From Octopus vulgaris (taxonomy: Eukaryota): a stretch of DNA of 64,000 nucleotides. The stretch is from the NCBI GenBank assembly GCA_951406725.2, contig OX597829.1, forward strand, positions 12,338,001 through 12,402,000, given 5' to 3'. Positions 24,006-40,448 of the stretch are shown here, piece after piece. The notes below the pieces were generated by a model. It did not search any database. It was not told the origin of the DNA and worked only from the letters and a program-made list of their open reading frames with translations. How positions within the stretch are numbered: position 1 is the stretch's first letter; every line of letters starts with the position of its first letter. Position numbers and translations under genes: made by a program.

Positions 24006-24589
24006 TGAATATATACAATACTTCAAACACTACTTGCTTATCATTTATAGTACAATCGTAAACGAGCTAATGCGTCACGCATAGAGGGCTGAGACATCAA
24101 AATTCATTCATTTACCACAAACACCGGAAAACTGCAATAAAAATAATTGAAGAAAAATCTACATAGTCGTTCCTCAGCATGGCCACATCCAGATGGCTGA
24201 AATCAGTAAAGAAATGAACGGTAAGATGATATAATGTATTAAATAAATGTCACTTAAACCTGGCACCGAGCATAAATAATAAATACCAGTGGAGGTAGAT
24301 ATTAAAACAAAAGTTACTGTTTAAAATATAATGATTAAAAAAACTATAATTAAATGTAAAAATCAATATAAGCAGAGACGCAATAAAGTTTGTTCAGAGA
24401 AAAGCCATTGAAGGTGGATATGGAGCAGCAGTTACCGTCTCCAGAGATTAATACTTAAATCTTTTAACTGATTGTGAGAGAACGTTTTAACTCAACCATA
24501 AATCAGATGTGTGTGTGCGTGTGTGTGTAGAAATATATGCATGTACGTTTGCAAACTATATATACAGCGTGTTACTATATAGGTTGCCC

Positions 24590-24820
24590 TTCTATTCTTT
24601 TATTCTTTTTACCTGTTTCAGCCATTTGACTGCAATCATGCTGGAGCACCGTCTTAAAGGGCTTTGGTCGAAGAAATCAACCGCAGGATTTACTTTTGTA
24701 AGCCTAGTACTTATTCATCTGTTTCTTTAGTAGAACTGCTAAGTTACGGGGGCGTAAACACACGAACATCGGTTGTCAAACGATGGTGGGGTGACAAACA
24801 CAAATACAAAGGCACACACA
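24590..24820 (-). mobile_element. SINE 3' half with CR1-like tail
   Basis: Reverse complement of ..CGGTGCTCCAGCATG..GCAGTCAAATGGCTGAAAC; compare 32078-32228. Confidence 0.8.
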
Positions 24821-24884
24821 CATAAATAAACAAATATATATATATATATAATACAAATTCACACATACACACACATGCATATGG

Positions 24885-25480
24885 TATTCGGTAACTTGAT
24901 CCCCAGTAATTTGACTGTCAGTCAGTGTCACCCCTTGTCATTTCACTCCCGATATAAGACAAAAATAAACGTTAAATAATGATAAAATAAATAAGTACAT
25001 TAAAACAAAAATGTTCCTAAAAGCTTCAAGAATGAAGGTCATGAGCTATTGCTCGTAAAAAATCCATCTTATTTTCGGGGCTATATCGCTCAATAATTCT
25101 CTGCTGCCGTTTGTTTATATCTCCATACTTTGTTTTGGTTTCGGAGTTCTCACCTCAATCAAATTCAACCTTTTTCATTTGTGCCAAGTGTTTTTCCCTT
25201 TTCAGTGCAGTAATTAATTTCTATAGATTCGGATGTGTGGCAGTTAAATAACTTTGTGGTGCGTTGTGATATTCCTCTAAATGATTATGAGTGTGTGGCA
25301 TATCCGATTATCTTCTACAGTGGACATTCCAAATATCAATGGGAAACCAAGGAGAAGTTCTTCGTCGCTTGATTCCTCTCCCTATGTACGATGATTTGAA
25401 GTACGACACGCATCCTAGGTACTATAATTCAAAATAGGACACAAGTTCTTGCGGAAGATTATCGTCATCTACAGATCCAT
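24885..25480 (-). mobile_element. MULE/Mutator transposase remnant
   Basis: Minus strand SYFKSSYIGR..PWFPIDIWNVH...PHTHNHLEEYHN...HPNL*KLITALKRE matches MULE YFExTYIG / FP..WNV / PRTNN..EG.HN / HP.IW motifs. Confidence 0.7.
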
Positions 25481-25879
25481 CGAATCCATCAATCACATCA
25501 CTCTGAAAATAAACAACCGAATGGACGAGTAAAATGATTCTAACAGTTAAATAAATTACACTGTAAATAAACAACCGAATACGTAACTGAAATGATATTT
25601 TCAGTTAACTGAATTACTCTGTAAATCATCATCATCAACAACAACAACAATAATAATAGCCTTTCTACAATAGGCACAAAGCCTAAAATTTTGAGGAAGA
25701 GGCATAGCCGATTACATTCACCCCAATGTGCATGTACAAGTACTGTTACCTATTTAATTGACCCAAAAGGATGAAAGGCAAAGTCGACCTCGGCGGAATT
25801 TGAACTCAGAACGTAAGGACGGACGAAATGCCGCTAAGCATTTCGTCCAGCGTGCTTAACGGCTCTCCTGCTCACCACC

Positions 25880-26759
<880 letters not shown>

Positions 26760-26762
26760 AAC

Positions 26763-26833
<71 letters not shown>

Positions 26834-26883
26834 ATTTCAACATTTTATCATTTTTTCAAATATTAGGAGTGAAATTACCGGTG

Positions 26884-29108
<2,225 letters not shown>

Positions 29109-29123
29109 TAATAATAATAATAA

Positions 29124-31015
29124 CACCTACAAACAAAAGAGGGACTCATGAAAACCAAAGACATCCCCATTAGAAGAGGAATATTCCAGGGAGACACGCT
29201 CTCTCCACTCCTTTTCTGCTTGGCACTGTCACCTCTATCTGATATGCTAAATAGAACTGGATGCGGATATAAATGTTACGGCAAAACGATCAGCCACCTT
29301 TTATATATGGATGACCTAAAACTATACGCTACAAATGACAAACAGCTGGAAACACTATTAAAGACAGTTCATGGATTTACCAAAGAAATAGATATGAAAT
29401 TTGGATTAGAAAAATGCGCCAAAGTAACCATGAAAAGAGGAAAACTAGTTAAGAGTAACAACATCACACTAGATAAAACCAATGAAATAAAAGAATTAGA
29501 CCAAAGCCAAACTTACAAATACTTAGGAATCCACGAACTAGATAAGACACAACACACACAAATGAAAGAGAAAATAAAAAAAGAATATTATAGACGAGTT
29601 AGATCAATACTAAACACAGAGCTCAATGCTAGAAACAAGATAATAGGTATCAACACTTTAGCTGTCCCAGTTATAAGTTACATCTACAATATCCTTAACT
29701 GGACACGAAATGAACTGACCAAAATAGATAGGAAAACAAGAAAAATAATGACAGGATCTAGGATGCATCACCCAAAATCTGACATAGAAAGACTATATAT
29801 ATACAACGTATAGAAGGTGGTAGAGGCCTTATACAGCTGGAAAACTACTATAAAATAACCACCATAGGACTGCAAAAATATCTACTTCAGAAGGAAGGAA
29901 AACTGATCCAGATAGCGGCAAAACACGAGCAAAAAAAACTGTTCTCAGTATTTAAGGAAGCTGACAAATACAAACAAGAAATCATACCACCTAATAAACA
30001 TGAAGAAGAAGAAGAAGAAGAAGAAGAAGAAGAAGAAGAAGAAGAAGAAGAAGAAGAAGAAGAAGAAGAAGAAGAAGATGAAGAAACAACAAAAGCTATA
30101 AAACAAATGAAATCCAAACTAAAAATAGAACAGCAACGAACCATGATAAAACGATGGCAAGAAAAGCCCCTTCATGGTAAATACTGCACTAAACTAAATG
30201 CAAAAGAAATAGACAAAGAAGAATCCCAGCAATGGTTGAGAAGCTCAGGACTCAAAGCAGAAACAGAGGGATTTTTAATAGCAGCACAAGACCAAAGCCT
30301 CCCCACCAGAAATTACCAAAAACATGTAATGAAAAGAAATATTGCAAGTAACCGCAGAATATGTGGAGATGGACAAGAAACAATAAATCATATTATCTCT
30401 AGCTGCCCAGTCCTGGCTAAGAAGGAATATATTCACAGACATGACAGAGTTGGAACCTACATACATTGGAAGCTATGCCAACATTATGGAATAACAACAG
30501 AAAAAAGATGGTATAGGCACACACCAGAAAAGGTTACAGAAAACGAGAAAGCAACCATACTCTGGGATATGCCGATACACACAGATAGAGAAATTAAGGT
30601 CAACAGACCAGATATAGTTGTCAGAGACCACGAAGAAAAAAATGCTTTCTAATTGATGTATCAATACCGGCTGATGACAACATGTCTCTAAAAGAAATGG
30701 AGAAACTCTCAAAATACAAAAACCTGGAAATAGAGGTAACTAGAATGTGGAATCTGAAAACAGAAACAATTCCTATCATAGTAGGTGCATTAGGCATGAT
30801 AAAAAAATATTCAGACAAATACATAACAAAAACACCAGGACTTACAAACACATATAACATACAGAAAGTTGCACTACTAGGCACTGCACACATCCTACGC
30901 AGAACACTTTCCATACAATAACCATCAGAGCATCACAACAAATCACAGCACATACCCAAGGCACACAGAGCTGCGCTCGGTAGTGAAGTGAAAGCACGCT
31001 ATAAAAATAAAACTA

Positions 31016-31018
<3 letters not shown>
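29124..31018 (+). mobile_element. R4/Dong family A, 5'-truncated (RT through RLE)
   Basis: GIFQGDTLSPLLF, YMDDLKL, YKYLG, (GAA)25, RHD, RPD; (TAA)n on both sides. Confidence 0.95.
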
Positions 31019-31098
<80 letters not shown>

Positions 31099-31134
31099 TG
31101 ATGATGATGACGATGATGATGATGATGATGATGA

Positions 31135-31176
<42 letters not shown>

Positions 31177-31190
31177 CGAAGACGATAATG

Positions 31191-31239
<49 letters not shown>

Positions 31240-31310
31240 CGATAATGATAATGATAATAATAATAATAATTATAATTATAATAATAATAATAAAAATAAT
31301 AATAATAATA

Positions 31311-31355
<45 letters not shown>

Positions 31356-31367
31356 GTGGTGGTGATA

Positions 31368-31427
<60 letters not shown>

Positions 31428-31428
<1 letters not shown>

Positions 31429-31913
31429 ACATTGTTTTGTCTTGGTATAAAAGATGGGCTACAGCAAATATTCTGCTCAATAGCACAGATTTGCTTGTCA
31501 GTTGTTTGACCGTAACCAGTTGAGCATGTCCCTTAGTGGCTGACGATATATGCATCTCTGATCACGAGCAGAAGTAGTGGAGGAACATTATAGCCATGTG
31601 TTGAGAGGGGTTATTTGGGGTTTGAATAATTCACCTCTGGAAACATGGGTGTTTCTTTGAACATTCTTAAACAACCCTTATTCAGGGACCTTTTGAGCGT
31701 GATGGGTTACTCGACCAGTAGAATATTCTAACTGAGCCCCACCTGCAAGGTCATGCGCTGTTTATCTTGATATGAAATCACCATGTCACGCACATATTCT
31801 TGTGATGCATGTTCCTGGTGTACCCTTATAAGACGGGTAATCATGATGGGTATACTAGGCTTCGTATATTTTACCCCAGCGTCACTTTGAAGGCATGCAC
31901 TGCTCTCTCACTC
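31428..31913 (+). mobile_element. ORF-less (TAA)n-targeting element, 5'-truncated
   Basis: Ends CTCTCTCACTC(AAT)n. Confidence 0.9.
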
Positions 31914-31923
31914 AATAATGATG

Positions 31924-32026
<103 letters not shown>

Positions 32027-32046
32027 TAACAATAATGATTATAATG

Positions 32047-32077
<31 letters not shown>

Positions 32078-32081
<4 letters not shown>

Positions 32082-32228
32082 TTAGCGGTTCGGCAAAAGA
32101 GACCAATAGAATAAGTACTGGGCTTACAAAGAATAAGTCCCGGGGTCGATTTGCTCGACTAAAGGCGGTGCTCCAGCATGGCCGCAGTCAAATGACTGAA
32201 ACAAGTAAAAGATAGAAAAGATAAAAGA
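32078..32228 (+). mobile_element. SINE 3' portion with CR1-like tail, inserted in (TAA)n
   Basis: CTTAGCGGTTCGGCAAAAGAGACC..GGCGGTGCTCCAGCATGGCCGCAGTCAAATGACTGAAACAAGTAAAAGA. Confidence 0.85.
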
Positions 32229-33417
<1,189 letters not shown>

Positions 33418-33507
33418 AATAATAATAATAATAATAATAATAAAAGTAATAATAATCATAATAATAATAATAATAACAGTAATAATAACAATAATAATAA
33501 TAATAAT

Positions 33508-33912
33508 ATCTCAGCGAAAGAGTGTGACAAGCTTAGAAAATATAAAGACCTACTCATTGAAATTGTGAAAATGTGGCATCTCAAGGCGGTTACAATACCA
33601 GTGATCGTAGGAGCAGTAGGAATGATCAAGAAGGGAACCGAAAATTATATGAGAATGATCCCTGGCTTACCATCTCTGCAAGAAGTGCAAAAGATTGTCT
33701 TAACTGGTACATCACATGTATTGAGAAGAGCATTGTCGATGTGAGAACTGTTGCTGCTCATGTATTTTGATTTAACTTAAAAAAAAAAAAAAAATGAACG
33801 AACTACTGAGTTTGGTTTAATGGCCTACCAATGTATACTATGAGTTTCTTTGCCCTAGGAGTCGGGAAGACACTCGGCAAGAAATGGAAGCAAATTTGAA
33901 AGAAGAAAAAAA

Positions 33913-33913
<1 letters not shown>
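33508..33913 (+). mobile_element. R4/Dong family D 3' fragment
   Basis: KECDKLRKYKDLLIEI.KMW..IPVIVGAVG..QKIVLTGTSHVLRRAL; (TAA)n flanks. Confidence 0.9.
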
Positions 33914-33990
<77 letters not shown>

Positions 33991-33991
<1 letters not shown>

Positions 33992-34297
33992 GGAAGAAAG
34001 AAAAGTCGTGAGATATGTCAGGTTAGCTTGGGAAGTTGAGCAGTTGTGGTCGATGAAAAAGGTAGTAGTAGTACCAATAATAGTCGGAGTCCTGGAAATA
34101 GTGAGCAACAGTCTCGAGAAGTACGTGGAACAAATAGGGGCTGCAACAAGGGTGGAGCACTTGCAGAAAACAACACTGCTTGGAACTGCTCGAATACTCC
34201 GGAAGATTCTCGAAAAATAAGAGGTGTTACCTTAGTTCACTGGTAATGAACATCTGACACTGTAATATATCTCCAGCGTTAGAAGCTGCGCAAAGGC
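33991..34297 (+). mobile_element. R4/Dong family C 3' fragment
   Basis: Homologous to ~16337-16637. Confidence 0.9.
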
Positions 34298-34497
<200 letters not shown>

Positions 34498-34499
34498 TA

Positions 34500-35177
34500 T
34501 TTTAAAAAAGATTGACGTAACTCTTCACAAATGTAAATAGTCAAGACGATGAGCGCGATTCGATTGTAAAATATTTTATTAGTTGAACGATATTTCCACA
34601 GTAAGCCTGTCTTGTCAAGTTTAAAATAAAAAGTGATAAAAATTCAAAATTACAGAAATTTAAACGTAAAGTGTGAACGAGAGCCACCAGCGTCCACACG
34701 TTGGTGGAATGACATCATCAGTTTTTAATTTACAATTTTATAACAGGCGAAAAGAGAAAGAGAGAAAGAAACAGAAAAAAGAAGACGACAGAAAATAAGG
34801 AAAGAAAGAGACAAAACGAGGGATACTTAATCAAACAGCTTTGTGTAAATTTGATGATATTCTCTTGTCATCTTATTCATTTCTCCAGGGCGTGAGCTTA
34901 ATAACTCGCAAACATATTTCTCCTCATACATTATGAGAAGTGAAAGAGAAGCAGATTCAGAATATCTTCTGAAAATATGTACTTTCAAGTTAATTTCGCT
35001 GTCTTCATAAGGAAATTCGAGACACAGTTACTGAAGACATTCAAATTTCTTCATGGTCATGAACAAATAATCTGGTTACGGTTCATTGACGACGTTTTTT
35101 TGTCTGGGAAGTATCACAGGATAGTTTAATGGACTTTTTGCATTTCTGTGACTGTTATGCTAGAAACAATGGCTTTA
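34500..35177. mobile_element. Rearranged Penelope-like remnant: minus-strand endonuclease end and pLTR, plus-strand RT piece
   Basis: + strand WLRFIDDVF at ~35071-35098; minus strand MYEEKYVCELL..PGEMN; hammerhead at 34583-34624. Confidence 0.65.
34583..34624 (-). ncRNA. Minimal hammerhead motif (UUGACAA core, AUC site), slightly degenerate
   Basis: ttaaac-TTGACAA-GACAG(gctta)CTGTG-GAAA-TA-TC-gttcaa. Confidence 0.6.
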
Positions 35178-35201
35178 ATGATGATGATGATGATGATGAT
35201 G

Positions 35202-35264
<63 letters not shown>

Positions 35265-35281
35265 GTAATAATAATAATAAT

Positions 35282-35882
35282 AAACGCGAATACAAAGGAC
35301 GCCATGACAATGTGGCAAGAATGATCCATTCGAAGATCTGTGGAAATCACGATCTACAAAGAGCAAAGATGTAGTATGAGCAAATTCCAGAAAGTGTGAC
35401 AGAAAATGAAAATTCCAAAATTCTATGGGATGCAATGATCCAGTGCGATCATCCGACCAGACATCGGAAACTGGACATTGTTGTGGTGAATAAAATAGAA
35501 AGAACATTTATGATAATCGACGTAGCATGTCCCGGTAACAACACGATCAATGTGAAAGAAGAAGAAATAAACAACTATGACGATTTGAAGTGGGAAATAA
35601 GAAGGTTGTGGTCAATGAAGAAAGTAGACATGATACCAATAATAAATGGTGCAGCTGGAAGTATCAGCACTCAACTACAAACATGGCTGAAAAAGATCGG
35701 TGCAAGTGGGAAGGTAGAACACCTACAAAATCAGCATTGCTTGGACCTTCAAGAATTCTACGCAGGGTTCTTGAAGCATGACCAATAAGCAAGTGTGCTT
35801 AGTCTGCTGTATGCTTAGTCTGCTGTGAATAGCTGATAATTTCCATCATACTCAGGAAAATAAGATGTGAGCTTTCATAAGA
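35282..35882 (+). mobile_element. R4/Dong family E 3' fragment, degenerate
   Basis: EYKGRHDNVARMIH, KILWD, DIVVVNK, IIDVACP. Confidence 0.85.
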
Positions 35883-35919
35883 TAACAACAACAACAACAA
35901 CAACAACAATAATAATAAT

Positions 35920-37948
35920 GGTTAATCTAAACAGAAAAAAGAAACAGACAAAGCAAAATCCCAACAATGGCTGAGAAGCTCAGATCTTAAAGCAAAGAAT
36001 GAAGGATTTCTAGTTGCAGGATTTTTAAAGCCTTCTCACCAGAAATCACCGAAAACATGTAATGAAAAGAAATAGAAGTAACTGCAGAAGATGTGGAAAT
36101 AGAGAAGAAACAATAAATCATATTATCTCTGGCTGCCCAGTCCTGCCTAAGAAGGAATATATTCACTGACACGACAGAGTTGGGACCGACATACACTGGA
36201 AGCTATGCCAACATTATGGAATAACAACAGAAAAAAGATGATATAGGCTTACGCCAGAAAAGGTCATAGAAAATAAGAAAGCAAGAATACATTAGGATAT
36301 GCCAATACATACAGGTAGAGAAATCAAGAGTAATAGGCCGGATATAGTAGTAAGAGATCACCAAGAAAAAATTGCTTTCTAACCAGTGTATCTTGATGTC
36401 ATCCAGAACCCAGAGCAAATACCTGCCTGGCTGACTGAAAGAACAACATGTCTTCTACCAAAAACTGAAAACACGAAAAATCCAAAGAACTACCGATCTG
36501 TTACATGTCTGAATACCACCTACAAGATCCTCACATCGATACTAACTGAAAGAATATGCACTCTCCTTGAACAGAACTCTACCTTTCTACAAGCTCAAAA
36601 ATGGTATAAAAATAATTCTTATGGATGCAAAGATCAATTACCCATTAATAAAATGATTGTACAGAATTTCCCGAGCATGGATAAACTACAGGAAAGAGCT
36701 TGATAGTGTCCCACATAATTGGCTACTCAAGGCTCTTGAGATATATAAGATCTCTCTTGTCATCTCCAAATTCTTACACGTCTCCTAAACCATTGTAATG
36801 GGATGAGCCAATCAAACAACATCACCATTAAACAAGGCACCTTTCGAGCTGACTCCATTTCCCTATTACTCTTTTACATGGCGCTAGTCCAACTCTCAAA
36901 CGAACTGAATATCGCCGGGTATAGGTTCGAAGTGTACAATATTATAGTAAATCATCTGTTTTATATGGACGACCTAAAGCTGTTTGCTAGTAGTGCTGCT
37001 AACAACTGTTAAAGAGTTCAGCAACGACATTGGTGTGAATTTTGGCCGTGATAAGTGTACTAAAGCAACTTTTGTTAGACACTGATACTACCATTAAGGA
37101 GCTTGGCCCACATGGAAACTATGAATACCTGGGGATAAACGAAGGAGACGGTATAGAATATGCTACTATGAAGGAAAAAAATACGAAAGGAGTATTACAG
37201 AAGAATACGTCATACTAAAATCTGAACTCAACACTAAAAATCGCATAGAAGCCATTAACACCCTGGCACTTCTAATAGTCCAATACAATTTTAACATCAT
37301 TTAATGGAACTCCAACGCCTGGAAAAGAAGACAAGAAAACTACTAACATCTAAGAACATGCATCACCCAAAAGCAGACGTCGATCGTCTGTACCTACCTA
37401 GAAGTAATGGGAGAAGAGGAATGATGCAGCTAGAACTGTGCTATAAGATCTCCACAATACCAATGAACAGGTATGTATCTAGTACAGAGGACTGGATGCT
37501 GCGGCTTGTGTGCAAACACAGAAGCAGCACAAAATCACATTCTGTTATCGAGGAAGCTTACAAATTCGCAAGGTGACTTGGCATTAACCCTGAATTATAT
37601 TAAAGGCAGAAACAAACTGAGGAGCGGTGGTGCCAGAAGCTTCCACAAGGACAGTATATATTTCGAAGCCGAAATGCTAATGTAGACCAAGTAACAACCC
37701 ATCAGTGGCTGAAAAGCTCAGGACTGAAGGTTTCATATTGGTGGCGCCAGATCAAAGCTTGCTTACCAAAAACTACCAGCCTAACGTTTTTCAAAACAGT
37801 TCTGAGCACAAATGTAGATTCGGGATGTCCTGTGCTGACACCAAACGAATATAGAAATTGCCACTATAGGGTAGGACAGTATTTACATTAGAAAATATGT
37901 AAACACTACAAAATTAACACTCCTGCTTACTGGTATGAACATTACTGG
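35920..37948 (+). mobile_element. Old R4/Dong fragments: family A piece (35920-36384) fused to a degenerate RT-thumb of another family (36385-37948)
   Basis: NYRSVTCLNTTYKILT, YGCKDQL, FYMDDLKL, MHHPKADVDRLYLPR. Confidence 0.85.
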
Positions 37949-39419
37949 TAAGAATTAGACCAAAGCCAAACTTACAAATACTTAGGAATCCATGAACTAG
38001 ATAAGACACAACACACACAAATGAAAGAGAAAATGAAAAAAAGAATATTATAGACGAGTTAGATCAATACTAAAAACAGAGCTCGATGCTAAAAACAAGA
38101 TAATAGGTATCAACACTTTAGCTGTCCCAGTTATAAGTTACAGCTACAATATCCTTAACTGGACACTAAATGAACTGACTAAAATAGATAGGAAAACAAG
38201 AAAAATAATGACAGGATCTAGGATGCATCACCCAAAATCTGACATAGAAAGACTATATATACAACGTATAGAAGGTGGTAGAGGCCTTATTCAGCTAGAT
38301 AACTACCATAAAATAATCACTATAGGACTACAAAAATATCTACTTCAGAAGGAAGGAAAACTGATACAAATAGCGGCAAAACACGAGCAAAACAAAAAAC
38401 TGTTCTCAGTATTTAAGGAAGCTGACAAATACAAACAAGAAATCATACCACCTAATAAATATGAAGAAGATGAAGAAGAAGATGAAGAAACAACAAAAGC
38501 TATAAAACAAATGAAATCCAAACTCAAACTAGAATAGCAACGAACCATGATAAAACGATGGCAAGGAAAGCCCCTTCATGGTACATACTGGACTAAACTA
38601 AATGCAAAAGAAATAGACAAAGAAAAATCCCAGCAATCTTTGAGCAGCTCATGACTCAAAGCAGAGACAGAGGGATTTTTAATTGCAGCACAAGACCAAA
38701 GCCTCCCCACCAGAAATTACCAGGAACATGTAATGAAAAGAAATATAACAAGTAACTGCAGAATATGTGGAGATGGACAAGAAACAATAAATCATAATAT
38801 CTCTGGCTGCCCAGTCCTGGCTAAGAAGGAATATATTCACAGACATGACAGAGTTGGAACCTACATACACTGGAAGTTATGCCAACATGATGGAATAACA
38901 ACAGAAAAAAGATGGTATAGGCACACACCAGAAAAGGTCACAGAAAACGAGAAAGCAACCATACTCTGGGATATGCCGATACACACAGATAGAGAAATTA
39001 AGCCCAACAGACCAGATATAGTTGTCAGAGATCATGAAGAAAAAAATGCTTTCTTATTGATGTATCAATACCGGCAGATGACAACGTGTCTCTAAAAGAA
39101 ATGGAGAAAGTTTCAAAATACAAAGACCTGGAAATAGAGGTAACCAGAATGTGGAATCTAAAAACAGAAACAATCCCTATCATAGTAGGTGCATTAGGCA
39201 TGATAAAAAAATATTTAGACAAATACATAACAAAAACACCAGGACTTACAAACACATATAACATACAGAAAATTGCACTACTAGGCACTGCACACATCCT
39301 ACGCAGAACACTTTCCATACAATAACCGTCAGAACATCACAACAAATCACAGCACATACCGAAGGCACACAGAGATGTGCTCGGTAGTGAAGTGAAAGCA
39401 CGCTATAAAAATAAAACTA

Positions 39420-39422
<3 letters not shown>
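37949..39422 (+). mobile_element. R4/Dong family A, 5'-truncated, with stop codons
   Basis: Homologous to ~29490-31018; short EEDEEEDEE linker. Confidence 0.95.
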
Positions 39423-39473
<51 letters not shown>

Positions 39474-39477
<4 letters not shown>

Positions 39478-40352
39478 GCCTCTGGCTTAAAATCTGAAAC
39501 AGAAGGGTTTATCATAGCAGCTCAAGATCAATGCCTACCAACAAGAAACTGCCAGGCCAACATATTAAAGAACGGCAGTAGCCCAACATGTCGTGTATGT
39601 CGATAACAAAATGAAACCATTGATCATGTTGTCTCCAAGTGCAGTCTTCTAGCGCCTACAGAGTATCTCAACAGGCATGATAGAGCTGCACAATATATTC
39701 ACTGGGTAATTTGCAAAAACATGGATTTGCCCCATGAAATATACTGGTGGGAACACAATACACCTCCAGTGCTTGAAAATGACCACATCTCACTCCTCTG
39801 GAACTTCACCATTCAAACTGACAGAAAGATAGATGCAAATAGGCCAGACATCATATTGAAAGATTTCAAACAAAGAACATGCCTCCTCATTGATATTAAT
39901 GTCCCAATCGATATAAACGTATCTGTCAAGACCTACCAAAAACTGAGCAAATATAAAGATTTTGAAATAGAAATCAGCAAAATGTGGAACCTGATGACTA
40001 AAACAATACATGTTGTAATAGGTGCCCTGGGAATGATAGCGAAAGGGGCTGATTGCTACCTAACTCAGATACCAGGAATCCCCAAAATGGCAGAAATGCA
40101 AAAGATAGTGCTCATGGGAACAGCTCATATCCTACGCAAAATACTCTCTATGTAATCTCAAGTTTTAAAACAAACTTTTTTTTCTAAATTTATGTATTAG
40201 ACATTCACTAGTACAACACCAAAGAAAATAAACCCAAATATATGGCACACTAGGCATAACAACAACGTAAACTTCCAACCTGTTGTCTCTTGAGGTCTCT
40301 GGGTGAGACTTGGAGCCAACTTGTACAGACATAAAGCAAAAGTCAAACATAG
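39474..40352 (+). mobile_element. R4/Dong family B 3' fragment
   Basis: ASGLKSETEG, RHD, RPD, GTAHILRKILSM*; ends GTCAAACATAG(AAT)n. Confidence 0.95.
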
Positions 40353-40365
40353 AATAATAATAATG

Positions 40366-40445
<80 letters not shown>

Positions 40446-40448
<3 letters not shown>
